Below are positions 30,141-40,195 of a DNA stretch of 64,000 bases, piece after piece. The translations under genes and the position numbers were made by a program. The notes under the pieces are model-generated. The model ran no database searches. It saw nothing but the letters and a program-made list of their open reading frames with translations, and was not told the origin of the DNA. The stretch covers positions 2,112,001 to 2,176,000 of the forward strand of contig OY762825.2 of NCBI GenBank assembly GCA_963666425.2, read 5' to 3'. Source of the DNA: Bacillota bacterium (GTDB lineage Bacteria > Bacillota > JAAYKD01). Positions within the stretch are counted from its first letter, which is position 1, and each line of letters starts with the position of its first letter.

Positions 30141-31460
30141 ATGATGAAACACTTACGTGAAAAAATAATACACTGGCTGACTGGTTATCTGGACAGCGAA
30201 ACGATGCGCAGCAATGCTTTTTACAGTATTGTAGAAGGTATGGCTTATAATATTATGACCGGCTTAACCGGTTCTTTTATGGCTGTATTTGCCATCAAGC
30301 TCGGAGCGACCGATCAGATGCTGGGTATTCTCGCTTCCGGACCGGCTTTGATTGGCTTGCTGTCCCAAATTCCTTCCGCCATCATTACCGAGCGAACCGA
30401 TAGAAAACTGCAGCCGATTTTAACCTGGGGTTTTCTGCATCGGATCAACTATTTATTTTACGCCATTATTCCCTTCTTGCCACTGCCGGCAATTTATAAA
30501 GCTTGGATCTTTATTATCCTGGTAACCTGGATGAATTTTCCGGCTGTGGTGGTCAATACGATGTGGACACATCTGATGGGGGAGATTTTTCCCATCAGCA
30601 GCCGCGGACGGGTCTTTGGTGACCGCAATTTTATTGTCGGTTGGGTGACCATCGCCGCCATGCTGCTGGCCGGGCCGCTGCTGGATTTGATTCCTTATCC
30701 GTATAATTACGGGATTCTGTTCGGCTTATCGTTTGCCGGACTGATGGTATCGCTTTATTATTTGAAGCTGCTGAAAGAAGAGCGGGTTGAAACTGCCTCG
30801 GTCAGTGAAGTCAGTCATAACGGCCCCTTCGACGGTATGATGAGTGTGATCAAGGACAAGCAGTTTTTCAATTTCACTGCCGCTTCCTTTGTCTATTATA
30901 TGGGATTCAATGTTTCGGCATCGATGTGGACGATCCTTTATGTGCGTTTTCTCTATTTGAGTAACACGCAAATCGCCATGATCGCCATTGTCAGTACAGT
31001 GATTTCTACCAGCAGTTACCGCTTTTGGGGGCGTGTTTCCGATCGGATCGGCAGTAAGCAAGTTTATTTTATCGGCTGTCTGCTGTTCTTGGTGCAGCCT
31101 TATTTTCATTCCTTTATCACCGTGCCAACGGCTTGGCTGCTCTGGCCTTTGGCTGTCGCCAACGGCTTGGCCGGAGGCGCTTTCAACCTGGCACAATTCA
31201 ATACGCTGCTCAGCATCGCGCCGGATCCGGCCAAACGCCCCAGCTACCTTGCTTTTTTCAATATGGCGATGCAGATCACCGGTTTTATTTTTCCGATGCT
31301 GGGAATCTGGCTTTACCAGAATTTAGGCAATCATTTGAATCCTGTTTTTTATCTTTCAACCTTTTTCCGCGCTGCCGGTTTGCTTTATCTGGCAGCGGTG
31401 ATCAAGGTGAAATGGCCGTTTAAGCCAAATCGAAAAAAGAGACGAACCATTTCACCCTAA
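30141..31460 (+). CDS. MFS transporter
   Basis: About 12 TM segments; WGRVSDRIGSK motif A. Confidence 0.88.
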   Translation: MMKHLREKIIHWLTGYLDSETMRSNAFYSIVEGMAYNIMTGLTGSFMAVFAIKLGATDQMLGILASGPALIGLLSQIPSAIITERTDRKLQPILTWGFLHRINYLFYAIIPFLPLPAIYKAWIFIILVTWMNFPAVVVNTMWTHLMGEIFPISSRGRVFGDRNFIVGWVTIAAMLLAGPLLDLIPYPYNYGILFGLSFAGLMVSLYYLKLLKEERVETASVSEVSHNGPFDGMMSVIKDKQFFNFTAASFVYYMGFNVSASMWTILYVRFLYLSNTQIAMIAIVSTVISTSSYRFWGRVSDRIGSKQVYFIGCLLFLVQPYFHSFITVPTAWLLWPLAVANGLAGGAFNLAQFNTLLSIAPDPAKRPSYLAFFNMAMQITGFIFPMLGIWLYQNLGNHLNPVFYLSTFFRAAGLLYLAAVIKVKWPFKPNRKKRRTISP

Positions 31461-31506
31461 ACACAGGCCGCGGAATCGATATGGAAGGAATAGGTGTTGA
31501 GCTTTC

Positions 31507-32751
31507 ATGAATTATGCAGTGATCTCTCTCTTGGCAATTCTAGTTGCCATCATCATCGGTTTTTGGCGCCATATCAATGTTGGTTTTCTCTCGATGGGCC
31601 TGGCCTTTCTCTTAGGCAGCGGCGTTGCCGGTTTTACCGCCAAGCAGATCATCGCCTTCTGGCCAACCAATTTATTCGTGACACTGATCGGGGTTTCGAT
31701 GCTTTTCTCCATGGCGCGGGTCAACGGTACGCTGGAACATCTGGCGCGCCGCAGTGTGGCTTTGGCCAGGGGAAACGGACCTTTAATTCCTTGGATTTTC
31801 TTCTTTCTGGCAGCGATTTTTGCTGCCATTGGGCCCGGTAATATTGCGGTCGTAGCGATCCTGGGACCAATCGCTATGACGATCGCCCAAGAAATGGCGA
31901 TTCCGCCGATCCTGATGGCAGCCTTTCTGATCGGCGGCGCCAATGCCGGCGGGATGTCCCCCATTGCACCAACCGGGATCATTGGCGTCAATCTGACAGA
32001 AACCTATTTGGGCGCTTCTGCCGGCAATCAGATCTGGTTGGCAACCATGCTGACCTCTTTTGCCTGGTGTTTGCTGCTGTATTTTCTCTATGGCGGTTAT
32101 CGTCTCGCCAATATGAAAACAGAGGCTGTGCAGCCGCAGCAGACACTGGAGCGTCGGCATTGGCTGACCATAGCGGGGATGACCGTTTTAATCGCTGCGG
32201 TGTCGATTTTGAAATGGGATCTCGGCCTGACCGCTTTTGCTGTCTCGGCTGTTTTATTGACACTAAAGGCGGCGAATGAAAAGCAGTCGATGGCCGGCAT
32301 TCCTTGGGGAGCCATGATTTTAGTGGCCGGTACCGGCACGTTGATTGAAGTCACCGCTGCTTTGGGCGGTATCGATTTACTGACCAGTTTTTTCCGTCAC
32401 TTTATGACGGCTGCCACGGCGACCTCTCTGATCGGTTTGATCAGCGCCGTGATGACCTTCTTTGCCAGCGCCTCCGGTGTCGTGATGCCGACTTTGATTC
32501 GCACCCTGCCCGGTCTCTTGGCTGGTTTACCCGGCATTTCTGCGGCAGCCATGGCAGCGGCGATCACAGCGGGCGGCCATTTGATCACGACCGGCCCGTT
32601 TACCACCCTGGGTGCCTTGGCTTCGGCTTCCCTCACCCCGCAGCAAGACCGCAATGACTTTTTAAAACAGCAGATGCTGACCGCGCTTGGCAGTGTGGTT
32701 TTCACCTTTCTTTTCTTCTTCTTATTGTTCCGTCTGCCCTGGCTGCAATAA
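31507..32751 (+). CDS. Ion-transporter superfamily permease (MatC/SLC13-like carboxylate carrier)
   Basis: INVGFLS, NGTLEHLA, GANAGGMSPIAPTG, ASASGVVMPT. Confidence 0.78.
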   Translation: MNYAVISLLAILVAIIIGFWRHINVGFLSMGLAFLLGSGVAGFTAKQIIAFWPTNLFVTLIGVSMLFSMARVNGTLEHLARRSVALARGNGPLIPWIFFFLAAIFAAIGPGNIAVVAILGPIAMTIAQEMAIPPILMAAFLIGGANAGGMSPIAPTGIIGVNLTETYLGASAGNQIWLATMLTSFAWCLLLYFLYGGYRLANMKTEAVQPQQTLERRHWLTIAGMTVLIAAVSILKWDLGLTAFAVSAVLLTLKAANEKQSMAGIPWGAMILVAGTGTLIEVTAALGGIDLLTSFFRHFMTAATATSLIGLISAVMTFFASASGVVMPTLIRTLPGLLAGLPGISAAAMAAAITAGGHLITTGPFTTLGALASASLTPQQDRNDFLKQQMLTALGSVVFTFLFFFLLFRLPWLQ

Positions 32752-32797
32752 GCTTGACCGGCGATGGCAGGTCAGGGAACTCTAGGCAGAATGGCGC

Positions 32798-32826
32798 TTG
32801 ACTTTCCCAATATGGGCTGATATAAT
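32798..32826 (+). promoter_or_regulatory. sigmaA promoter (extended -10) of the tyrS leader
   Basis: TTGACT-N17-TATAAT with TG. Confidence 0.85.
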
Positions 32827-32837
32827 GAATTAATAAA

Positions 32838-33092
32838 AATAATGACGGAGAAAAGTAGGAATTTCCGAGGCTGCAGAGAGTCGGCGGCTGGTGCGAGCCG
32901 ATGCAGAGAAATGCTGAAGATACACTCCCGAGTTGCAATGCCGAACCAAAAGCCAGCAGGCTGAATGAGCAGTAGGCATTGTCGGTTGCTCATCGTTAGC
33001 TGAGCCCAGAGGAATCGCATTTTCTAAGCAAAATGGGATTCGATTCAGGGTGGTACCGCGTTCAGACGCCCCTTCCAGGGGTGTTTTTTTTA
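32838..33092 (+). promoter_or_regulatory. T-box riboswitch (Tyr specifier UAC)
   Basis: CAGAGAG...GGTGCGAG stem I, GAAGA-TAC specifier, T-box CAGGGTGGTACCGCG, terminator ACGCCCCT...AGGGGTGT plus T-run. Confidence 0.92.
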
Positions 33093-33136
33093 TCCTTTTT
33101 TACAAAAGAAATTGATAACTTGAGGAGGAAGTTCAA

Positions 33137-34372
33137 ATGAAAACTGCTTTTACAATGTTAAAGGAACGAGGCTTTATTCAGCAGACCAGCCATCCGGAAG
33201 AAATTGAGAAAATGTTCGCCGAAGAGCGGGTGACCGCCTATGTCGGTATTGATCCTACTGCGGATAGTTTGCATGTCGGCCATCTGTTTCCGGTGATGGT
33301 GATGGCACATTTACAGCAGATGGGCCATCGCCCGATTATTGTGGTTGGCGGCGGCACGGCGATGGTGGGAGATCCCAGCGGTAAATCAGAGATGCGCAAA
33401 ATGCTGACGACCGAAGAGTTGGAAAGCAATAAAGCGGCCATTCGGCAGCAATTGGGAAATTTCCTGGACTTCGGGGCAGGACAAGCCTTGATGGTGGATA
33501 ATGCGGAGTGGCTGATGAACCTGCAGTACGTCCCCTTTTTAAGAGAAATCGGTCCGCATTTTTCTGTCAACCGCATGCTGACTGCCGACTGTTATCGGGC
33601 TCGCATGGAACGGCCGGAAGGCGGATTGAGCTTTCTGGAATTCAATTATATGATTATGCAGGCTTATGATTTTCTCAATCTCAATCGCCGCTACGGCTGC
33701 AAACTGCAGATCGGCGGCGATGATCAGTGGAGCAATATGCTGGCCGGCACGGATCTGATCCGGCGGCTCGAACAAAAAGATGCTTTTGTACTGACCTTGC
33801 CGTTGCTGCTGAATTCTGCCGGTCAAAAGATGGGCAAGACAGTCAGCGGCGCCGTTTGGCTGGATGCGGAAAAAACAAGTCCTTATGATTTCTTCCAATA
33901 TTGGCGCAATGTGGACGATGCAGATGTAGCCCGGCTGCTGAAAATTTACACCTTCCTGCCGCTGGAAGAAATCAACCGGCTGACCGCTGCGGAAGCGAAT
34001 ATCAACGAAGCCAAAAAAGTGCTGGCGATGGAAGTAACAACGTTGGTACATGGCAAAGCAGAAGCGGAAAAAGCTGCTTCTGCCGCGGCGGCTCTATTTG
34101 GCGGCGGCGGGGATGAGAGCACCATGCCTACGACGCTGGTTTCTGTCGAAGCATTGGCAGCAGGTATCCCTGTACTCGAACTGCTGGTTTCCTGCGGTTT
34201 GGCTGCCAGTAAATCGGAAGGGCGGCGCTTAATCCAGCAAGGCGGGTTGCGGCTGAATGATGAGAAAGTGGATGACATCGATTTGAAAGTGAGCACTGCG
34301 TTTTTGTCAAACGGCCGCGTGTTGATTAAAAAAGGCAAAAAGATCTTCCATGCCGTCAAACCGGAAATGTAA
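33137..34372 (+). CDS. tyrS: Tyrosine--tRNA ligase
   Basis: GIDPTADSLHVGH, QIGGDDQW, KMGKT, C-terminal S4 domain. Confidence 0.97.
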   Translation: MKTAFTMLKERGFIQQTSHPEEIEKMFAEERVTAYVGIDPTADSLHVGHLFPVMVMAHLQQMGHRPIIVVGGGTAMVGDPSGKSEMRKMLTTEELESNKAAIRQQLGNFLDFGAGQALMVDNAEWLMNLQYVPFLREIGPHFSVNRMLTADCYRARMERPEGGLSFLEFNYMIMQAYDFLNLNRRYGCKLQIGGDDQWSNMLAGTDLIRRLEQKDAFVLTLPLLLNSAGQKMGKTVSGAVWLDAEKTSPYDFFQYWRNVDDADVARLLKIYTFLPLEEINRLTAAEANINEAKKVLAMEVTTLVHGKAEAEKAASAAAALFGGGGDESTMPTTLVSVEALAAGIPVLELLVSCGLAASKSEGRRLIQQGGLRLNDEKVDDIDLKVSTAFLSNGRVLIKKGKKIFHAVKPEM

Positions 34373-34569
34373 AAAAGCAATTTAATAGAAAACAGAAAAT
34401 CCGGTTGCTTCCTTATTGCGCCGCTTCCTCCTACGGAGGAGCGGTGAAAGGAAACAGCCGGATTTTTATTTTTGCAGCACCGCTGAACGATTTGACCCAG
34501 AAAACGAGAATGAACTGCTGCCCCGTAAAATCGGGCAGGAGTGAGAAAAACAGGGGAGTGTACGCAAAA

Positions 34570-34614
34570 AAGAAGCTGTCTTATCGGTACGGTTGAACCG
34601 ATAAATCAGCTTCT
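34570..34614 (-). terminator. Terminator of the zinc-ribbon gene
   Basis: Minus strand AGAAGCTGATTTATCGGT...ACCGATAAGACAGCTTCT followed by T-run. Confidence 0.65.
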
Positions 34615-34686
34615 CTCATTCTTTAAATTATCTTAAAGAGAAGTGGTGCTTCACTCCTACGGAATAAGCAACCTGATTTCGAAAAA

Positions 34687-34980
34687 TTAGTAACGATTGT
34701 TGCGAGCCTGGTAGCAATCTTTGCAATATACCGGGCGATCACCGGACGGACGGAAAGGTACGTAAGCGATCTTGCCGCATTCTGCGCAGGTAGCTTCGAA
34801 CATTTCACGTTGTTGGCCCTGACCTTCGCCACCGCGAGTGTTTTTGCGAGCTTTACGGCAGTTGGGGCAACGGCTGGGTTCGTTGGTGAATCCGCGGGAA
34901 GCATAGAATTCTTGTTCACCGGCGGTGAATACAAATTCAGCTCCACAGTCACGGCATACCAAAGTTTTGTCTTGATACAT
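34687..34980 (-). CDS. Small double zinc-ribbon protein (zf-trcl plus CxxC-x17-CxxC)
   Basis: DKTLVCRDCG.EFVFTAGEQEFY, PSRCPNCR, CAECG...PVYCKDC; AGGAGG RBS. Confidence 0.9.
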   Translation of the reverse strand: MYQDKTLVCRDCGAEFVFTAGEQEFYASRGFTNEPSRCPNCRKARKNTRGGEGQGQQREMFEATCAECGKIAYVPFRPSGDRPVYCKDCYQARNNRY

Positions 34981-35105
34981 TATTTTTTCCTCCTAACCAC
35001 TAATGGGTTATAAAATTATTGTTCTGGAGTCTCGTGGCTAAGAGCGGGATCACTATTTAACCGTTTACCTAATCTTTGCCTGCTAGCTCTCTCAGATACG
35101 TTCAT

Positions 35106-35134
35106 ACTATAGCATGTCGTCTCTGAATTGTCAA
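35106..35134 (-). promoter_or_regulatory. sigmaA promoter (extended -10) of the zinc-ribbon gene
   Basis: TTGACA-N17-TATAGT with TG. Confidence 0.75.
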
Positions 35135-35179
35135 GGATTGTTTTGTTGAAAGAGAAAATAAATTTTTCTTTCGTAATTA

Positions 35180-35246
35180 AGGAATTACTTGGAGGATTTA
35201 CGAATAAATTGTGACTTACAAAGGAAGTAACGCATCGGTGGTGAAT
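35180..35246 (+). promoter_or_regulatory. Tandem sigmaH-like promoters upstream of yacL
   Basis: AGGA-N18-GAAT (35180-35205) and AGGA-N17-GAAT (35222-35246). Confidence 0.5.
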
Positions 35247-35279
35247 ATGATAAGAAGGAAAAGAAAAGGAGGTGAAATT

Positions 35280-36413
35280 GTGAAGAAGACAAAATTTGTC
35301 ATGCGTATTCTGATTGCTCTGGGCGGTGGTTTGGTCGGTTTTAAACTCACAACCTATTTACGCTCCATCTGGGTGATGCTGCAATGGGATCAGTGGCTGA
35401 GTGTGTATCCCTGGCGATATATTGCGATCGATGCAGCCGTTATTTTTATCTTTGGCCTTATATTTTATTTTATAGCACCTTTGATTTTGAGCGGTATTCA
35501 AAAAGTGATCCAGCTGATGGAGAAAATTCTGCAGCGTGTGCCTTTGGAAGATGTGATCATCGGCTCCGGTGGCTTGATTGTTGGCTTGCTGTTAGCGAAT
35601 TTAATGGGATTGGCGTTGAATGGGATTCCTATTTTTGGAAGTGCCCTCGTTTTATTGTTCAATGTTATCCTGGGTTTTTTGGGATTGCGTCTGGCGCTTT
35701 ATCAGAAAAACGATGTCATGAAACTGTTTGGTGCCATGAAACGCGAGAAAAATGAGGCTCCGGTGAGCGCCGCGATTTTATCTGCCTCCCCCGGCAGCGG
35801 CAAGGCGGGAGAATGCCGGGCAAAACTGCTGGATACCAGCGTGATCATCGACGGACGGATCGCGGATTTATGCGCGACCGGATTTTTAGAAGGTCCTCTG
35901 GTGGTGCCGCTGTTTGTTTTAACAGAACTGCAGCTGCTATCCGATTCTACCGATTCGATTAAGCGGGCGAGAGGCCGGCGTGGTTTTGATATTCTCAATC
36001 GGATTCAAAAAGAGATCAACTTTCCGGTCGTGATCTCAGAGAAAGATTATGAAAACGATAATGCAGTGGATAGTAAATTAGTCAAGCTTTCTCAGGAAAC
36101 CGGTTATAAATTATTAACCTTGGATTATAATCTGAATAAGATGAGCGTCTTGCAGCAAGTCCAGGTTTTGAATATCAACGATCTGGCCAATGCGCTGCGC
36201 ACCATCGTCTTACCGGGCGAAATGCTGACGGTTACGATTTTGAAAGTGGGACGGGAAGCCGGTCAGGGCATTGCCTATCTGGATGATGGTACTATGGTGG
36301 TTGTTGACGGTGCCAGCCGGATTGTGGGCAAGACGCTGCCGGTCGAGGTGACTACTTCTCTGCAGACTTCAGCGGGCCGCATGATTTTTGCCAAGACAAG
36401 AACGAATAATTAG
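35280..36413 (+). CDS. yacL: PIN/TRAM-domain membrane protein
   Basis: TM N-terminus, LLDTSVIIDGRI, YLDDGTMVVVDG, LQTSAGRMIFA; GTG after AGGAGG. Confidence 0.92.
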   Translation: MKKTKFVMRILIALGGGLVGFKLTTYLRSIWVMLQWDQWLSVYPWRYIAIDAAVIFIFGLIFYFIAPLILSGIQKVIQLMEKILQRVPLEDVIIGSGGLIVGLLLANLMGLALNGIPIFGSALVLLFNVILGFLGLRLALYQKNDVMKLFGAMKREKNEAPVSAAILSASPGSGKAGECRAKLLDTSVIIDGRIADLCATGFLEGPLVVPLFVLTELQLLSDSTDSIKRARGRRGFDILNRIQKEINFPVVISEKDYENDNAVDSKLVKLSQETGYKLLTLDYNLNKMSVLQQVQVLNINDLANALRTIVLPGEMLTVTILKVGREAGQGIAYLDDGTMVVVDGASRIVGKTLPVEVTTSLQTSAGRMIFAKTRTNN

Positions 36414-36445
36414 AGCGATGCTTTTGATAGAGAGGATGAGACATC

Positions 36446-36961
36446 ATGGAAACCATTTGGCGGATCGGCTGCGGCTTTGACGTGCACTGCTATCAGCCCA
36501 AGCGGGACATGATGCTTTGCGGGGTAAAAATTCCATGCGAGGTGGGGCTTTGGGGTCATTCTGATGCCGACGCCCCTCTGCATGCCTTGTGCGATGCTCT
36601 ACTCGGGGCTGCCGGCCTTGGCGATATCGGCGTACATTTTCCCGACAGCGATGCTGCGTTTCTCAATATTGACAGCGCTCTGCTGCTGCAGCGCGTCATG
36701 GCAATGATAGGGGAAAAAGGGTATCGGGTGGGCAATGCTGATCTGACCATCATCGCGCAAATACCGAAAATTGCACCTTACCGGGAAGCCATGCGATGTC
36801 GGGTGGCAGAGCTTTTGCAGGTATCACTGTCGGAAGTGAACATCAAGGCTACCACGACGGAAGGTCTCGGCTTTACCGGGCGCAAAGAAGGATTGGCGGC
36901 AGAGGCCGTAGTCCTCTTGAAAAGGAGTGTATCGAACAATGGAACTGATGGTTTACAATAG
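36446..36961 (+). CDS. ispF: 2-C-methyl-D-erythritol 2,4-cyclodiphosphate synthase
   Basis: GFDVH, GHSDAD, GDIGVHFP, KATTTEGLGFTGR. Confidence 0.96.
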   Translation: METIWRIGCGFDVHCYQPKRDMMLCGVKIPCEVGLWGHSDADAPLHALCDALLGAAGLGDIGVHFPDSDAAFLNIDSALLLQRVMAMIGEKGYRVGNADLTIIAQIPKIAPYREAMRCRVAELLQVSLSEVNIKATTTEGLGFTGRKEGLAAEAVVLLKRSVSNNGTDGLQ

Positions 36962-38351
36962 CCTGACTCGAAAAAAAGAAATATTTCAACCGGTGCAAGC
37001 GGGTAAGGTCTCAATTTATACCTGCGGACTGACAGTACAGGATTATTGTCATCTTGGTCATGCCCGCATGGATATTGTCTGGGATACAATCAAGAATATT
37101 TTACGGCACATGGGATATCAAGTCTATCATGTGCAGAATTTTACGGATGTCAATGAAAAAATCGCGGCAAAAGCCATCGCGGAGGGCCGCGATCCGCTGG
37201 AATTGGCACAGTTTTTTATCGACGCTTATTTTGCCGATATGAAGGGTTTAGAAGTGGCAGGAGCGGATCTCTATTGCCGGGTGACGGAGAATATGGATGC
37301 GATTCTTGCCATGATCCAGGTTTTAGTCGATAAAGGACATGCTTATGCGAAGAGCGGCAACGTTTATTTCCGAGTGGAGAGTGATCCTACCTATGGCGCG
37401 CTGACCGGCCGCAAGATTGAAGAAATGCAGGCCGGTGCCCGTTTGGAAGTAGAAACAAGCAAAGAAAATCCGGGCGATTTTGCGCTTTGGACCGTCGCGC
37501 AGCCAGGCGAGCCAACCTGGGAAAGTCCCTGGGGTGTTGGCACTCCCGGCTGGCATATTGAGTGCTCGGCGATGTCCTGCAAATACCTGGGCAATCCCTA
37601 TGATATGCATGGCGGCGGAGTGGATATTATTTTTCCGCATCATGAAAATGAATTGGCACAAAGCCGCTGCGCCTGCGGGGATGAATATGCCCATTATTGG
37701 CTGCACCACGGCATGCTGACTTTGCCGGGCGGCGAGAAAATGTCGAAATCTTTGCACAATTTCTTCCGGGTCAAAGATTTACTGGCTCAGATGCCGGCTT
37801 ATGTCTTGCGCTTTTTTATTCTTTCTGCTCATTACCGGTCTCCATTGGCGTTCTCACCGGAATTGGTGGAACAAAGCAAGGTGGCTTTGGATCGCCTGAT
37901 CAATACGGTCAATCGCTTACGCAGTTGGCAGCCACAGCAAAATAGCGAGGATACCGCTTTACTGCAGCAGTTAGCCGAGGCGAGACTTACCTTCGAAGCG
38001 GCCCTGTATGATGACTTCAACACGGCCGGTGCCATTGCTGTGCTTTTTGAGTTGAATAAGCAAGTGAATCAGGCGATGGCGGACAGCCGGATCAGCCAGC
38101 AGACGGCTGCAGCGGTATTGGCTTTTTATCTGGAACAAGCAAAATTACTGGGCTTCGCCTCTGCTTTTGCGCTGAAAGCAGAAGATACCGATTCGCAATT
38201 CAACAAAGAAGTAGAAAATCTGCTCGAACAGCGTCAACTCGCACGCCAACAGAAAGATTGGGCGACAGCCGATCTGATTCGCGGTAAATTGGATGCGTTG
38301 GGTGTTGAACTGCGTGATACACCGCAGGGGGTTCAATGGCAGAAAAAATGA
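36939..38351 (+). CDS. cysS: Cysteine--tRNA ligase
   Basis: HLGH, PGWHIECSAM, FPHHENE, KMSKS. Confidence 0.97.
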   Translation: MELMVYNSLTRKKEIFQPVQAGKVSIYTCGLTVQDYCHLGHARMDIVWDTIKNILRHMGYQVYHVQNFTDVNEKIAAKAIAEGRDPLELAQFFIDAYFADMKGLEVAGADLYCRVTENMDAILAMIQVLVDKGHAYAKSGNVYFRVESDPTYGALTGRKIEEMQAGARLEVETSKENPGDFALWTVAQPGEPTWESPWGVGTPGWHIECSAMSCKYLGNPYDMHGGGVDIIFPHHENELAQSRCACGDEYAHYWLHHGMLTLPGGEKMSKSLHNFFRVKDLLAQMPAYVLRFFILSAHYRSPLAFSPELVEQSKVALDRLINTVNRLRSWQPQQNSEDTALLQQLAEARLTFEAALYDDFNTAGAIAVLFELNKQVNQAMADSRISQQTAAAVLAFYLEQAKLLGFASAFALKAEDTDSQFNKEVENLLEQRQLARQQKDWATADLIRGKLDALGVELRDTPQGVQWQKK

Positions 38352-38740
38352 TAGTTCAACCGGAGCAGATGCATTCCCTTTCTTTGGCTTTCCTCGGTGA
38401 CGCTGTCTTTGAATTGGCCGTCAGGCAGCGGGTTTATCAGAAAGGAATTGTCAAGTTGCATCAGCTGAATAAAGAGACCGTCCGATATGTCCGCGCCGAT
38501 GCACAGGCACAACTCGTTTTTTTAATTGAACCCTTCCTGACCGAAGAGGAAGCGGATGTGCTGCGGCGCGGCCGCAATGCCAAATCACGGCATTTTTCCC
38601 GCGGTTCTTCTGTCGTGGAGTATCGGCACGCCACAGCGCTGGAAGCTTTGATGGGTTACTTATTCGTGCAGCACAGACAGCAAAGAATTGATGAATTGGT
38701 GGATATCATGATGGCAGAGAGGGGGGAAACAAAAGTATGA
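38336..38740 (+). CDS. mrnC: Mini-ribonuclease III
   Basis: LAFLGDAVFEL, RRGRNAKS, YRHATALEALMGYL; follows cysS. Confidence 0.94.
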   Translation: MAEKMIVQPEQMHSLSLAFLGDAVFELAVRQRVYQKGIVKLHQLNKETVRYVRADAQAQLVFLIEPFLTEEEADVLRRGRNAKSRHFSRGSSVVEYRHATALEALMGYLFVQHRQQRIDELVDIMMAERGETKV

Positions 38741-39417
38741 AAGTACTCTTGCTGAGTCATACGCCGGATCCGGATAAGCTGGTTGCCGCCGCGGCTCGCC
38801 TCTGTTATGCGCCGATTGGAGCGGATCAGTTGCTGGAGACCATGACGGACAGCCAAGTAAACAAGCTGGTGCAGGACTTGCTGGCGATGGGACATGAATC
38901 ACCGATTGAACATGTCAGCTTTACCTTTGCCATTGAAGGGGTCAGCCGCGCCATGTCGCACCAGCTGGTCCGGCATCGTTTGGCTTCCTATTCCCAGCAA
39001 TCACAGCGTTATGTCAAAGCAAACGCTTTCGAATTTATCATGCCGCCCAGTGTAGAGGCGAATCCGGCGGCAAAGGAAATTTTCCTGCGCCAGATGGCAG
39101 CGATTCAGGAAAGTTATAATCAACTCAATCGACTCGGTATCCCCAAAGAAGATGCCCGTTATCTGCTGCCCAATGCCTGTGAAACAAAAATTGTGATGAC
39201 GATGAACGCGCGCAGCCTCTATAATTTTTTCCAGCAGCGTTTATGCCAGCGGGCGCAATGGGAAATCAGGGCCATGGCGACTGCCATGCGCCAGGAATTG
39301 ATTCAAGTTTCCCCGTTGCTGTTCAGTAGAACCGGGCCCCAGTGTGAAACGGAGGGTTACTGTTCGCAAGGTAAGATGTCCTGCGGCCGTAAACCAACCA
39401 GAGAAAATTTGCGATAA
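38737..39417 (+). CDS. thyX: Flavin-dependent thymidylate synthase
   Basis: GHESPIEH, RHRLASYSQQSQRY, EDARYLLP, AQWEIR. Confidence 0.96.
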   Translation: MKVLLLSHTPDPDKLVAAAARLCYAPIGADQLLETMTDSQVNKLVQDLLAMGHESPIEHVSFTFAIEGVSRAMSHQLVRHRLASYSQQSQRYVKANAFEFIMPPSVEANPAAKEIFLRQMAAIQESYNQLNRLGIPKEDARYLLPNACETKIVMTMNARSLYNFFQQRLCQRAQWEIRAMATAMRQELIQVSPLLFSRTGPQCETEGYCSQGKMSCGRKPTRENLR

Positions 39418-39420
39418 AGG

Positions 39421-40170
39421 ATGGAATCAATGGAACAAATCGAGGGACGATTTCCCGTCTTGGAAGCTTTGCAGGGCAGCAGAAAGCTGATTAAGCTTTA
39501 TTTGCTGCAAGACGGCAAAGGTGAAACCATAGAAAAAATAGCCCATTTGGCCGAGACACAGCAAGTACCGATCCAATGGATGGATCGTAATCAATTGAAT
39601 CACTTGAGTGAAGGCCGCGTGCATCAGGGAGTGATTGCGGAGCTGCCCGATAAAGAACTGGTCACCGTAGAGGAAATTCTGGCTATCGCCGCTGCTAAGA
39701 ACCAACCTCCCTTCCTCTTGATTCTGGATGGTCTGGAAGATCCGGGCAACGTGGGGTCGCTGATTCGCAGCGCCGCAGCGGCCGGTGTGCATGGCATGAT
39801 CATGCGAGAGAAAAGAGCAGCCAGCTTTACGCCTGGCTTAATCAAAGCGACGGCTGGGGCATGGGAATATATGCCTATCTCAGTAGTGACCAATATCAGC
39901 CGGACCTTAGTCCAATTAAAAGAAGCCGGTGTTTGGGTTGCCGGCGCCGATATGGACGGAGAGCTGATTTACCAAACGAATTTGAAAGGCCCTTTGGCAA
40001 TTGTGATCGGAGCAGAAGGCCAGGGTTTGAGCCGATTGGTCAAAGAAAAATGTGATTTTCTGGTGAGTTTGCCGATGGTTGGCGGCGTTGCCAGTTTGAA
40101 TGCTGCGGTAGCAGGCGCTTTGGTGATTTACGAGGCATTGCGTCAGCGCGGTGTGTATGTAAAGAGCTAG
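39421..40170 (+). CDS. rlmB: 23S rRNA (G2251-2'-O)-methyltransferase
   Basis: HQGV, DPGNVGSLIRS, IGAEGQG, SLNAAVA (SPOUT). Confidence 0.93.
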   Translation: MESMEQIEGRFPVLEALQGSRKLIKLYLLQDGKGETIEKIAHLAETQQVPIQWMDRNQLNHLSEGRVHQGVIAELPDKELVTVEEILAIAAAKNQPPFLLILDGLEDPGNVGSLIRSAAAAGVHGMIMREKRAASFTPGLIKATAGAWEYMPISVVTNISRTLVQLKEAGVWVAGADMDGELIYQTNLKGPLAIVIGAEGQGLSRLVKEKCDFLVSLPMVGGVASLNAAVAGALVIYEALRQRGVYVKS

Positions 40171-40195
40171 AGAGAAGGGAGGAAGGGAAAGCAAG

